The position numbers and the translations under genes are program-made. DNA of 62,270 nucleotides, the filler included, from Hausera hauseri (lineage: Eukaryota): the NCBI GenBank assembly GCA_046269625.1. It is 11 parts of 11 records of this genome, joined end to end, with 100 filler letters (N's around TTAATTAATTAA, not from the genome) between each part and the next. Parts side by side here need not be neighbours in the genome. Positions count along the whole stretch, not along the records: positions 10,894 to 16,022 come from JBJURY010326272.1; positions 16,123 to 20,349 come from JBJURY010689106.1; positions 20,450 to 30,878 come from JBJURY010188860.1; 8 more parts are not named here. One strand, given 5' to 3'. Below the pieces are notes generated by a model. The model saw only the letters and a list, made by a program, of their open reading frames with translations, was not told the origin of the DNA and did no database searches. Each line of letters starts with the position of its first letter. Within the stretch, counting starts at the first letter, position 1. Positions 12,655-24,569 of this stretch are shown here, in pieces.

Positions 12655-15413
12655 TTCTGCCTGGGAATCGATTTACGCTGTCAACTGGACAAAATGATTT
12701 AGTCAATCAATACAAGTCAAAATATATTTATTGTTTTTGTGGGTCGTAGGAAGCGGTCCTATGATATCCATTAACATGGCTTGCATAGGTCTGTCTGGTA
12801 CGGCAATTGATTTTAACTCTGCCATATAGTTCTTTGTCTTCTTCTGTTTAGTAGCACATACTTCGCAAGCATTTACCCTATTCTTCACATCAATGTAGAT
12901 ACTGGGCCAAAAGTATTTATTCAGTATTCTTTCTAGCGTCTTTTCCACGTGTCCGGCTAAGTATGAGTCATGTTCCGCCATTAAAACTTCGGCACGTAAG
13001 TTCTTTGGCATGACTATTAATTTTCTTCCTTTTCGTTCGTAATACAAAACGTCTTCACTGTTCTGGTCATTCAAGACACAGTAGCTAGTTCCGTGCCTGT
13101 GTAAATTTTTCTTCAATTGTCGCCCTTTTGGTAGTCTTTTTTACAAATTCTATAATCTGCTGAATGATTCTATCCTTTCGTTGTTCTGTTGCAATTTTGA
13201 ACTCTTTATCTAGCGTTAAGATGCATTGGCGTTTTATTATTTCTTCAAGCTGATTTTTCTTCGTTATAGTGATTGCACTTGTTTTGGTCGTTAATCTTGA
13301 TAGTGCCTCGGCATCTACATGTTTATTTCCTGGTTTACACTGGAATTCCATATTGCATCTAGAGATTTCTTCGATCCATTTGTTAAGTCTACGTAAACGT
13401 TGAAGTGTCGAAGCGTTTCTTTTACGGCTAGAGTTTCTAATTCAGTAACGAAATAATTTTTCTCGGCCTTCTTCAAGGAACAACCTCCATAAGCAATTGG
13501 GTGTTCTAATTCTTCGTCTTCTCTTTTCTGTGCTAATTCATATACAATGCCTTCTTTGCTGGCATATGTCTTGATTATAAAGGGTAAGTTAAAATCTGGG
13601 TACCGTAAAACAGGTTCGCTTGTTAATATCGTCTTCATCTCGTCGAAAGCTTTTTGTTCGACGTCTGTCCATTTCCATTTAATCCCTTTTTTAAGTATAC
13701 GATATAAGGGTGCATTAATTTTCGAATTATCTGGCACATAAGTGGCGTAATACCCGCAGAGTCCTAGCCAGTGCTTAACTCCTGGTTTTGTGTTTCCATG
13801 AAATCTGATATTTTGTTTAATAACAATTTATCTGGTTTCAATCCTCCTTCTCCAACTATATGACCAAGGTAGGATACGGCGTTTTGAGCCCATTTGCATT
13901 TCTTTGGATTTAACTTTAATCCAGCTTGTTCCAGTCTCATTAATGTGTTTTCAATATCCTTTAAGTGTTCCTCTTCGGTCCTTGACGCTATCATCATGTC
14001 ATCTAAGTACGCAAAAACATGATCCAATCCCATTAACATTTTGTTCATCATTCTTGTAAATATGGCTGGCCCGGTTGTAATACCGAACGGCATGACGTTA
14101 AATTCATAAACACCATTGTGCGTTTTAAATGCTCTCTTATAACGGTCTTCGTCCTCGATTTCTACTTGCCAATATCCGTATTGTAAATCCAGAGTAGTAA
14201 ACCATTTTGCTCCTGAGAGTCTATCTAAAGCCTCTTTCACTGACGGTAATGGGAAGGAATCTTTCATCACAAGATTATTTAAGGCTCTATAGTCAATACA
14301 AAATCGATGTTTCGTGGTACCTTTCTTCTTAACCATGACGATTGGCGAATACCAAGAACTGTAGCTGGGCCTAATTATATCGGCCTTGAGCATTTTCTCG
14401 ACTTCTTTTGTTACCTCAGGCCTTAATGAATGTGGCAGAGGATAGCATTTCGGCATCTTATGATCTTCAAGGTCTATTTCTTCATTCGAACCCGGCTTTT
14501 TCTTAAGAGGAATAGTCAGCTTTAGTGCTTTTGTCCTACCAATATCTTCGTCGTCTTTAGCGATGATTGATTTATAGCGGCACAAAAACTCATAAAATCG
14601 AGAATAAGATTCGGGGGAGAACTTAGTTTTGACATGAGGTGGAAATTCTGCATACTTGTAAGGCTTCTCTTCAATACTTATCGACGACACTCTATACGTA
14701 TCTCTTAGAGTAGTATAAGCATGGAGTTTTACGTGTTACGGTGCGTTGTTTGCTATCCTAACCGGTATACGGCCGGAGTGTACTCTTGTTAGTACATTAC
14801 TGAGCGTTATATTTGGATTCAATGTCTCCTTTGGTTCAAAATATACCGGTTGATCGTCATCCTGTTAAACTTGAGCATAAATTATTATCTCCGTTCTCGG
14901 TGGAATGTTTTCATCAACTGATATCCACACTTTTCCGAACTCCCTATCCTTAGCGTTTCTTATACCTTTATTTGGTCTGATCTCTATTAATTTTCCTGTT
15001 TGCAAATCGATTGCTATATTTGGTAACCTTTTCAATAGATCACATCCTAAGACGACGTTGTCGGTTAATTATTCCATAACTGCAAATTCGTGACGAAAAT
15101 TTTTTCCAACTATTTGGACTTCTCGGTTCCATTTAAACATCGGTTTCGACATTTAATCAAAAGCTCCTGTGCTTCCTGGGTCTTTTGTAGATGGTGGAAA
15201 TAATTGTCCTCTTAGCGTTTGAGGTATTGAATCGTTTTTAATGTAAGACATTTCAGACCCTGTATCGAATAAAGCATAAACTTCCCAGTCTCCAATAATG
15301 ATTTTGGCGAAGGGTATTCCTTCTATTACTGTTCCGAAACAATTTGATGTATCCTTTGAGCATTTTGCCGCCAATATCTTGTGTCCGTTAATTCGGACTT
15401 CTGGGAAGGACAC
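12655..15413 (-). mobile_element. Ty3/Gypsy pol (family A): protease, RT, RNase H and N-terminal integrase; decayed, integrase core deleted
   Basis: ALFDTGSE; FCIDYRALN...LDLQYGYWQ...MPFG...YLDD; PIAYGG..ELETLA; HDSYLAGH...CEVC; DIIGPLP. Homology to the sister copy ends after DSQAEK. Confidence 0.93.
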
Positions 15414-15439
15414 TATATGTTCTGCCAGTTGTCTTAACT

Positions 15440-16022
15440 CTCCGTGTCAGCGAGAAAATGGGTCTTAAATTCTGAGAGATTACGAGAAATCATACCGGAA
15501 GATGAAAGATCAGCATGTTACCAGATTGTCGATGAGGAAACGAAGACAAAAACTCTAGGTATGAGGTGGAACACTAACAGTGATGTATTCTCCTTCGATA
15601 AAAGAGTCCAATTGGAGGAAATTACTACAAAGAGAAAATTCTTGAGCTCAGTAGCTCGATTATTTGATCCATTAGGGTTTCTTAGTAGTTACTTAATGAA
15701 AGGAAAATTGATCATTCAAGAAATGTGGATGCATGGCGCAGATTGGGACGAACAACTTCCAGACCACTTAATCAAGCAAGCAAAATAATGGATATCGGAA
15801 CAACAAGATTTAGAGAAGATTAGAATAAAACGTGTCTTAGTAGCTGATCAGTCACAATACGAAATACAAATATTCTGCGATGCGTCCAAAGATGCTTATG
15901 GGTCAGTTGCTTACCTGGTCACCATGGTAAATAAAAGAAACAGCAACATAATAGTAGCAAAAAGTAAAATATCACCCACAAAAGTGGTATCAGTACCACG
16001 GTTGGAGTTATTAGCTGCTGTG
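15440..16022 (+). mobile_element. Bel/Pao retrotransposon RT-connection/RNase H fragment abutting the Gypsy element
   Basis: RKWVLNS...KTLGMRW...TKRKFLSSVARLFDPLG...DWDEQLP...IFCDASKDAYG...AKSKISP..SVPRLELLAAV. Confidence 0.92.
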
Positions 16023-16563
16023 NNNNNNNNNNNNNNNNNNNNNNNNNNNNNNNNNNNNNNNNNNNNTTAATTAATTAANNNNNNNNNNNNNNNNNNNNNN
16101 NNNNNNNNNNNNNNNNNNNNNNTGCTCATAAGGGACAGCTCTAAGGAAAACATATGCCTCCTTTGTATCACCCTCAGAATTCTCAAACAGAATCTCAAGA
16201 CCATATTGAACTTTGCAAGATAGAATCCGAGAAGTGTACACATGCAAAATAGTTAGAATCTCTTCAGGCGGTCAAGTAGAAATAAGATGGTCAGGAGCAA
16301 CATCAAAACACAAACTCAAATAATTATTACCAAGGACAGTATGTACATTAAGTCTCATGTAGATCCTAAGAATGGAAGACCCTTGTTGTGTTCCCCTAAA
16401 AACCTTATTAGAATATACCTGAAAACTCGAGGGTTTAACTACATCCGTTGTAGGAGGAAATATCCGATTAGTAGTTAAGGATGAACAGAAAAGAGAAATC
16501 ACTGATACTATGTCTATAGGGCCTAAAAATATCTTCCACCTCTATCAAGTTCTAAGACATTAA

Positions 16564-17613
16564 CGAAAACTGATAATTCGATTAGAAACTGAACGAGTCC
16601 TATTAGGCATAGAAGCCACCCAACAAGAAAAAATATATATACCAACTAACACCCCTAAACCAAGATTTGAATTTAATACAGCAATCTCAAATATAAGAAC
16701 AGGAATTTCTTTTAGACGGAATTCAATAGTTGCAGGAAATGACCAATTAATAATAGTAACACTACTAGCCTTGCAACACCAAAATATAGCATCTCCCATA
16801 GAAATTGCCATAATTGACCTACAAGGTGTAACAATCATGAACTAGCTAATAACCTTCCGCGAGAAGATTGAAAACTATTATTCTCATTTAACAAGCCTCC
16901 AAGAAACAGACGTTAGAGGTAAAACGGACTATTATGACGCCCGTAAAATTATACTGAGCCTGATAAAAGGAAAAATACTCGTCGGATGCCAATTGGCCTA
17001 CATTATAGAGCATCTATTCCAAATAGATCTCCTATTTGTCCAGGGGCTAAGAGACCTAATGTATTATCAACCATTAATTGATAAATACAAGTCCCTTAGT
17101 TCAGATAAAACTCGAATCTTTGCAACGGAAGTGGAACAAACACAAAATTTCACTATGAGGGCACTTCCACTTTCCAAGGCCTATCTTAAAGCATATAAGG
17201 CAACAAACACCTATTACGGTGATATCCACCCAGAAAGCATTATAACATCAAGAGCCACACCTTCAACCAATCTAGACCACCATGACAACTATTTACCGGA
17301 GAAACCACTATTAAAAGAACTTATAGTTTCAACATCTTTCGCTACCTTATTATCCTGTTCCCCAAAACAACCAAAAGAACTTACAATCCCAATATCTATA
17401 AATTCCTTGCCTTCATCCCCTCTACAAATACCCGAAGAAACCACCACCTCGAATTCGTTTACCTTTCTACAACTTTCTCCTTCAAAGAGGCTCAAGAAGG
17501 TTTCCTCTCCAAAATCAGTTAAAATTGCAAGATCCCCGAAGCTTGAAATTGATCAATATATTCAGATCAGGGGATATATAGATGAAGAGAAATTTTTTAG
17601 GAGAGAAATTTAG
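16564..17613 (+). pseudogene. DEDDh (REX4/ISG20-like) exonuclease-fold ORF lacking obvious catalytic acidic residues, with a Ser/Pro-rich tail
   Basis: EIAIIDLQGVTIMN*LITFREKIENYYSHLTSL...ARKIILSLIKGKILVG...LRDL resembles the REX4-family pattern; one internal TAG. Confidence 0.55.
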
Positions 17614-17679
17614 TAAACCAGTTAACACAATCATCCATAGAAACAATAATGAGCAGTGACGCTCATCTCCGCTCTAGAA

Positions 17680-18470
17680 TGTGATGATGAGTGATGACTA
17701 ACGAACTGGCGTTAGTAAATAAAGACTGGCTTGACATTTTGATTATTTTGGTTGAACGGTATGCGTGGTTGGCGTCGAGAGAAAAAGATAATAATTTTGA
17801 CACTACATATATTTCTGTGCATGGGTGGTCCTCCACCAGTATAAAAGGAGACATTGTAGAAAAAAGAAAAGTTTGAGTTTGAAAAAATAAAAAGTGTATA
17901 TTTTGAGAGTTTTGAAAAGTGTATTGTTTTTGAAATTTTTGATAATGAGTGAGTGTATTTATATATTATACATGTTTATTTTTTGTGTTGATCATTCATA
18001 GTTGTTGTCCAAAGTAAGTAAACGTAATAGGACAGTCGGGATTGTGAAGTGATTTGATATAACGCTTTTGTCCTAGTGGCATTACCGACTAACTTCCGTA
18101 TCTACAAACTCTATAAAATTGTCTAATAAAGATTTTGTCCTAGTGGCATTACCTACTAAAATCAAATGTAAACTCTCACGATAAAGGTTTTGTTCTTGTA
18201 GCATTACCTACTAAATTTCGGTTTGTAATTTAATTTTCAGTACTTGAAATTAAACAGCCCCTACTGTCAGATTGCGTTTGTGAAATAAGTAAGACTCGAT
18301 TCTCAGGCTTTATCCTTGTGATACTACCTGAAGAAGGGTTGTTAAGTCGATTCTTGGCGACTCACCAAAATCTTTCACCAAAAATAATTTCACGAATAAT
18401 ATAAATAATCCATATAGTTCGTGTTTCGAGCTCGCATCGCCTTCCCGATACCAGTTGTACACAGATAAAT
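17680..18470 (+). mobile_element. LTR-like/regulatory non-coding segment
   Basis: Abrupt switch in strand composition at TGTGATG (17680), TATAAAA near 17840, and internal tandem repeats. Confidence 0.35.
18057..18330 (+). repeat. 3-4 imperfect copies of TTTTGTCCTAGTGGCATTACCTACTAA with variable spacers
   Basis: Copies at ~18066, ~18133 and ~18188, plus a degenerate copy at ~18309. Confidence 0.8.
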
Positions 18471-19817
18471 CATTTCTCAATAACAACTTGCTGACTATTA
18501 CTCGCGTAGCCCCAGTTTTGAAATCGAACTCACTATAAGGCTAAGACTAGCCCGACCTCCAACTGTTAAAGCAAATTAGAAACCATCCTAAATTTAACAA
18601 TTGTCCGAAAAGCAGGTAATCATGATAATGTTAATTTTACTCGCTTCCGAAAGTTATGAATCTCAATATAGGCTCTCGCAACATTCCTCCCCATATAAAT
18701 GTTTGAATAATTTCCACCCGAATTCATATTACAAATTCTTCAAAACTTACGTTCATTTCATTTTATAAATGGCAATTAAAGAACAGAAAACTTTTAATCC
18801 TACAGTTTATGCGCAATACAATATCTTTCTGTGTATGTGTTCGGTTTTCTGGATATGGTGAACAATACAACCTCCAAAGTTTAAACTAATTTAAACACTA
18901 ATTTAATCTTTTCCCACACTTATTCTACCCTTTTTCTTTTTATTCGGAACTGGTAACAATATACTAGTGATCCTTTACTTTATTTTAAAATAATTACTGT
19001 CAAATTTATTAAAATTTCAAAACCCAGTATCGACCAAATCGGCAAAAAGGGAACTCCCCATCAAGTAATAAATTACCGTGAGAAAGTGAAGCACCCTAAT
19101 GGCCAGAGTTGTCGTAAAATAAAAACCACTTATTTGTTTTCCAAGATTTAATTTGGTTTTTGTTATTAAGAGAAATGTCCCTAGCCCAAGAATTTGATAC
19201 CGACTAACAGAACAAAAATATTCAATTAGGCCCACTTATCGAAAAACAAACAAATGATTTTATCAGTCTACTCAAAAGGAATATTTCACAAGCAACCAAA
19301 CAATCGTGGCAGTTCACCGAATCGTCCACGTATTATTTGGCACAATCAAGCGATTTTATCAGGCAGATGATTTTAGGGGCCAAGTAGTGCCCTTAAATAT
19401 CCACAGAAAAAGAATTTATGACAATTAAGACTAAAATAAAAAGAAACAATAATTATACCCACTGGTATTTTCAAATCGATACTCGCTAATAACTCCTTTC
19501 TCTCCTTTTGCTATGATCACCAGTGCTTTATTGTAATAAAATCATAGAAGCATTAATGACAACGATCATAAAATAACCATCGAACTCAGAAGTATATACG
19601 TTTTTATTTCTAATAATTTTACCATACATATCTATATATATGTCTCAACAACGAAAAAAATTAAACTTAATTACTGCAGCTATTATGCTGCTAAACAATA
19701 TAATTCTAGTCATTACACAGATAATTGCGGCAGCTGCAGAATTCCCCGATGCAATCACTATAAAATCCTCGACATAAGGGGGGTCTAAGATGGCGTTTTC
19801 CACTAACTCTTAAAAAA

Positions 19818-20348
19818 TCACGGAGAGTCTAAAATAATGGAATCTGTCCATGTATAAAAATCATCAGCAGTTGGGATTTGATCGGGTTGCTTTACTACTG
19901 AAGCTTGACGGTGGAACTGGTTCAACGGTAAGGTAGCCATTTGAGGACTATCAGCATCTAGTGGGACACGTGTGGTACACAAGGAAGAATTTAGTAATGG
20001 ATGTTCTACGAAGGAAAGATCTGACCAGGAACAATGGGGTAATGATGATGGTAATTTATTTGAACAATTTGAAATTATGTTGAGTATCAATTTAGGATGC
20101 CATGTTGGTAAGAGCCAGTTAAAACGGTGCCTTTCTTTATAAATATTATGTGCAATGAATACCATGTATTTGGAGTTCATTTTGCCTGCAATGTAATATT
20201 TGTTGGACCGAAATAGGGATAAGAAGGATTTGAACCTATGCTGGCTAAAATTAAGATCCATTTTGCCCATTAATATGGTAGAGGGTAAATGTAAAAGATT
20301 AAGAAGGTACTGGGGATCAAAGGTTACTATTATCCGGCCAGTTATGGC
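19818..20348 (-). CDS. 5'-truncated ORF resembling the C-terminal half of the exonuclease-like ORF at 16564-17613
   Basis: The frame is open from the contig edge: ITGRIIVTFDPQYLLNLLHLPSTILMGKMDL versus IKGKILVGCQLAYIIEHLFQIDLLFVQGLRDL. Confidence 0.4.
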   Translation of the reverse strand, partial: AITGRIIVTFDPQYLLNLLHLPSTILMGKMDLNFSQHRFKSFLSLFRSNKYYIAGKMNSKYMVFIAHNIYKERHRFNWLLPTWHPKLILNIISNCSNKLPSSLPHCSWSDLSFVEHPLLNSSLCTTRVPLDADSPQMATLPLNQFHRQASVVKQPDQIPTADDFYTWTDSIILDSP

Positions 20349-20449
20349 GNNNNNNNNNNNNNNNNNNNNNNNNNNNNNNNNNNNNNNNNNNNNTTAATTA
20401 ATTAANNNNNNNNNNNNNNNNNNNNNNNNNNNNNNNNNNNNNNNNNNNN

Positions 20450-20785
20450 AATTGCAACATTTGAACGGCCGTGGTGGGGTTCCGCGAACAAGAGCCGGAC
20501 GCCAAGTTTTGTAATTTTTTGTAAATGCGTGTTTTAATGTCACGATAACTGAGAATGAAAAGTTGAAGTTTTTTAATACGTTCCAAGTAAACTTTAGATG
20601 TTGAAAAAGTTTTTTGTATTTACGGATTTCTCCAAAAAGATTAAAATATGTGACATGTTACGGGTTGTAATGAATTATAGAAAACCCATGCTACAAAATG
20701 ACAATGATATTTGGTTGGTGCATTGGAATGTAACGGATGGTATTTCCGTGCACCAACAAAACACGGTTATCAGTTTTGATTTTAT
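20450..20785 (+). repeat. Copy 1 of a ~340-bp direct repeat with a conserved hairpin (20714-20757)
   Basis: Shares AATTGC.ACATTTGA.CGGCCGTG...GACGCCAAGTTTTGTAA...TTTTAATGTCACGATAAC and GTTGGTGCA-N26-TGCACCAAC with 30293-30637. Confidence 0.85.
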
Positions 20786-21187
20786 AACCCTGATATTTCA
20801 TATAAAAGGTGCTATCGAGAACGCTGATATACAAACCAAAAGCTACAATTTTGGTGTCAGATACTAGGCAATACAAAGTCCGTCGAAAATGCTGTGATTT
20901 ATCAAACTTTAAATTACGAAGTATCACCGATGATTTCTTGGGATTTTTGCATATTTCGAATCTGGAACAATACGGTGAGTCTTGCTTTTGTTTGCGGGAT
21001 TCCCTACGGTAAGTTTTTATGTCGCAATTTACTTGTTGGGTTGATTTTGTTACTGTCTGTTGACCTACCATGTTATATATTGCTTAATGTAACTCTATAT
21101 GGAGATGTGCCAAGTAAAATTCAGTTCATATTTAAACATTTTCAGTTTACTCGTAATTTTTGTCAATTTTACCTTTTCATAAATTAA

Positions 21188-21862
21188 ATGGGTATCCATC
21201 AACTTAGTAAAGTTACTTTTGATGCGTCTATGTGCATTTATCAGTTTCTCATAGCTCTTAGACAAGATAGTAGTGTATTACGGAATGATGAAAAAGAGAC
21301 AACAAGCCATTTAATGGATATGTTTTATCGTACATTAAGGACGGTTGACAATGGAATAAAACCAGTCTACGTATTCGACGGTAAACCGCCAGTTTTGAAG
21401 TCTGACGAATTAATTAAATGGTCTGATAGACGAGAAGAAACTGAAAAGTTGTTGGGACAGGCATGTAACAAAGATAACACCAAATACATTAAATATTTTG
21501 GAAGCGGTTAGTTAAAGTTTTACCACAGCATAATGAAGATTGTAAGTAATTGCTGAATCTTATGGGGATTCCTTACATTAGTGCTCTTTGCAAAGCCGAA
21601 ATCCAATTTTCTGCACTTGTAAAAGCTGGTAAAGCATTTGGGATTAGTACCGAAAATATGGACGCGATAACATTTGGTGGAACAGTTTTGCTGCGTAAAT
21701 TGACAGTCAGTGAAACTTAAAAAAATGCCCATCCAAGAATATCATCTGGATAAAGTCCTGTCTCAGATGGAATTAACTATGGATCAATTTATTGATCCTT
21801 GCATTTTACTCGGCCGCGATTACTGTCCCTTAGTTCACGGGATCGGTCCTAAGAAATCAATA
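21188..21862 (+). pseudogene. FEN1: Flap endonuclease 1 fragment (internal deletion, frameshifts, 3'-truncated)
   Basis: MGI..L...[12 protein letters not shown]...ETTSHL.MFYRT...[18 protein letters not shown]; LLNLMGIPY; MDAITFG; [15 protein letters not shown]...GIGPKK. Confidence 0.93.
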
Positions 21863-22654
21863 GAAAACAGACTATTGGAAGCGAATAATAAAAATGTTAA
21901 GGATAGTCGTCGGCTAGAAATGGACATACAAAGGTTGATTGCATCTCCAGCCCAAAGGTGCTGTCAACCTGCGTGTTCTACATGTGAAGATTACGTGCAG
22001 CGTAACCCAACTCTACAGTAAAAGAGAGCATGCAAGCGATATTATCATTTGGCTTCCGTCAAACAGGAAATTTTAACTGTATCAGATGCTGTCAGGTATT
22101 GCAAGGATTGCGTGGCGAACAACTACCAATATATCTGGTGCAAAAATGTATATGATCGTAAGGTAATAATTCAGTGTGAAATGACTGGTTGTGGTAAATT
22201 GTATCACAGGCGGTGTTTACATACTATCGATTACTCGCAAGTCGTAATTCGGAACAATAAATTACGGGCATGTCCTGACCATTACTGTTTGACTTGCGTC
22301 CGTGAAGATCCCATGAAAACCAAAATACCCGATAATCTTAGTGAGTGCATTAAATGTCCATTTTTGTTTCACAACACCGAATATGGTATGGTTGTCGGCC
22401 CTATAGAGTTGTCTTATTCCCAGTTTATTTGTTCCCGACACTTCTTGGAAACACTACCCAAGACCGACTCTAACAAAACCTGTCATCCGCCTTGGTATTT
22501 TAGATGTTTTAAACAAAGTCCAAAGATATGTAGTGCCACATGTCTGACAGCACTTGACGAGGAGCGTTTAAAAGCGAGATCTAAAGTGCCACATATCGGT
22601 AACAAAAGTTTTATCTGTGACAATTGTAAACGGCAATCTGAAGAGACACTTTAG
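21863..22654 (+). pseudogene. NSD/MES-4-type histone methyltransferase tandem PHD-finger fragment, fused in frame to FEN1
   Basis: CEMTGCGKLYHRRC...CPDHYCLTC...CIKCPFLFH...ICSRHF...W.F.C...ICDNC matches the NSD PHD cluster. Confidence 0.8.
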
Positions 22655-22764
22655 AAAATCATGACCATATACTCCGCATCAAATCACCAGAATTCCACAG
22701 ATGATATACAATTACTTTCTAACGATCAACCTTATTTTCGAGCATTGAAAATATTCTAACTGCT

Positions 22765-23400
22765 ATGACCAAAAATATAACAAATGGTAAAAACATTGAT
22801 AAATTTCCATTCAAGGAATTTGATACGTCTGTAACAAACGATGGGCAATTAGTTGCTAATCCTTTCGGTCCAGGAGCAATATTGGGAGCTGGGGTTACTT
22901 CGGATAGTTCGGGAATGTTTCGTGTGCATAATCTAAATTTAAACTGTGTGATCCAGTCGAGTTATTCTTTGAGTAACAATGTGTATTACGAAATTTTATT
23001 TTTCAACGACAAAACAACGTTTTATATTCTGGAACCAGTGTCGTTTGGTTTGTCCAGAAAAAAAATTTCATCGGAATGCTTCATTCTATACAATTTTGTT
23101 AATCTATCAAGTCCTAGTCTAGTCATTAACAAGGGTAAGATAACATGCAATAATCGATTCAGTTATCAGTTAGCACTATCTCTTAAGAAGTTGAAGACAC
23201 AAATGTCTGTTGGATTGTATTTTTATGATAATAGTTGCTTGGAGATTTTCGTTAATAAAATTAGTGTCGGACAAGTCGTATTAGAATTTAACCAAAATAG
23301 TTATATGTTGGTAAATCTCAGAAGTTGGTATAATACGTTTTTGGTTGAAGAAATATCACCGAAACCCCCGGTTTATTGTAGTCAGGCTCTGTTAAGATGT
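22765..23400 (+). pseudogene. Neuralized (NHR)/SPRY-like beta-domain fragment
   Basis: VIQSSYSLSNNVYYEI...SFGLS...LKKLKTQMSVGL...LEIFVN..SVG...YMLVNL resembles the NHR pattern. Confidence 0.4.
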
Positions 23401-23894
23401 GCATTACCTAAATGGCAGCTTGATATGGTACCATTTGACGGTGATAATTCTACTCAAATTGTGCGATTACATTGTAATTCTGATAATTTACAACAACCGG
23501 ATAACGCACACTACCTGTTGCTGGAATCAACTACATTACGCCCATCCGTTAACATAAATTCCAATCGCATATGTTACCAATGGAACCGAATGTCGACCCA
23601 TCATCAAGAGTCAATGACGGATATCGTAACATGAAGTCGTTCAACGCCAACGTCGACGACTTGTCCATCATGCCCATTTGTATGGCATTCGGTGACCAGA
23701 CAGTCATTATTTCCATGTGCGTTACCAAGGACGACAAAATTGGCGGGAAGCTCGATCATTTGTTCAAGAACGGTCCGACGGATGACCTTTACGGATTCCC
23801 CACGAACCAGATGGCCGTGAATATCATTCAGGCTTACGAATTGCCAGTGGTGACATCGGATAATAATCGACGGCAGAAACAGAATTTGACACCG

Positions 23895-24422
23895 GTCCTC
23901 AATATTTATGCCGAGGTAATGAGAATTGAGGCTAGCCAAAGTTTGGGTATTGCAGTTTCTATTTGCTGCTCCCATTTTACTGCATTTACTACCGGGCCGT
24001 TTTGGCAATATCACATTTCGTCTTTGTTTTTATTGATTCTATTCGTTTCCTATTGTCTGGAAATTTTGAAATACATTTGGTACCCAGCGAAGACGTTCGT
24101 TGGTGATACATTTTGCCAGTATTTCGACACCACTTTTACCTTCGTTGAGATTCTAGACCATTTCAACAAAGCACTTCTTTTCGTTAGCCCTCAGATGATA
24201 AATTTTGTCTATTCTATTCAATCGTTGCTTCACTTTGTCTTTTGTCCACGACATTGCTTGTCGAGATATTTTGCTACTGTCGACAAAGTTACTCCTTCGT
24301 CATTGAAATTTTAATTAGCTTCAGTGAGCCAAATTGATAAACTACATTTTCACGTTCTGAAGTATTTGACACTCGTAGGAATTCATGAACTCGACGATGA
24401 CTACACAGAATTTAATAAAATG
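23895..24422 (+). pseudogene. DPAGT1: UDP-GlcNAc:dolichol-phosphate GlcNAc-1-P transferase C-terminal fragment
   Basis: LNIYAEVMRIEASQSL...WYPAKTFVGDTFC...ILDHFNKALL..PQMINFVYS...CPRHCLSRY...DDDYTEFNKM. Confidence 0.88.
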
Positions 24423-24569
24423 GTCCAGCCACTTTGTGACATTGTTAAATACTCACCACTTGTATCTTGTCCTATCAAGCCGTTCAAATTTATTACCGAA
24501 CCATCTAAGGAAATTAATGGATCTTTAAGGAGACAAAATGGAATCGAGGCACATTATCGTAAAGTAACC

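Noticed and set aside
18057-18330. CRISPR-like repeat-spacer array
   Set aside because: Eukaryotic context, only 3-4 degenerate copies, partly similar spacers of unequal length, and no cas genes.
20450-20530. GC-rich block of the direct repeat as a ribozyme, tRNA or snRNA
   Set aside because: HDV/hammerhead cores, A/B boxes and an Sm site are not conserved in both copies.
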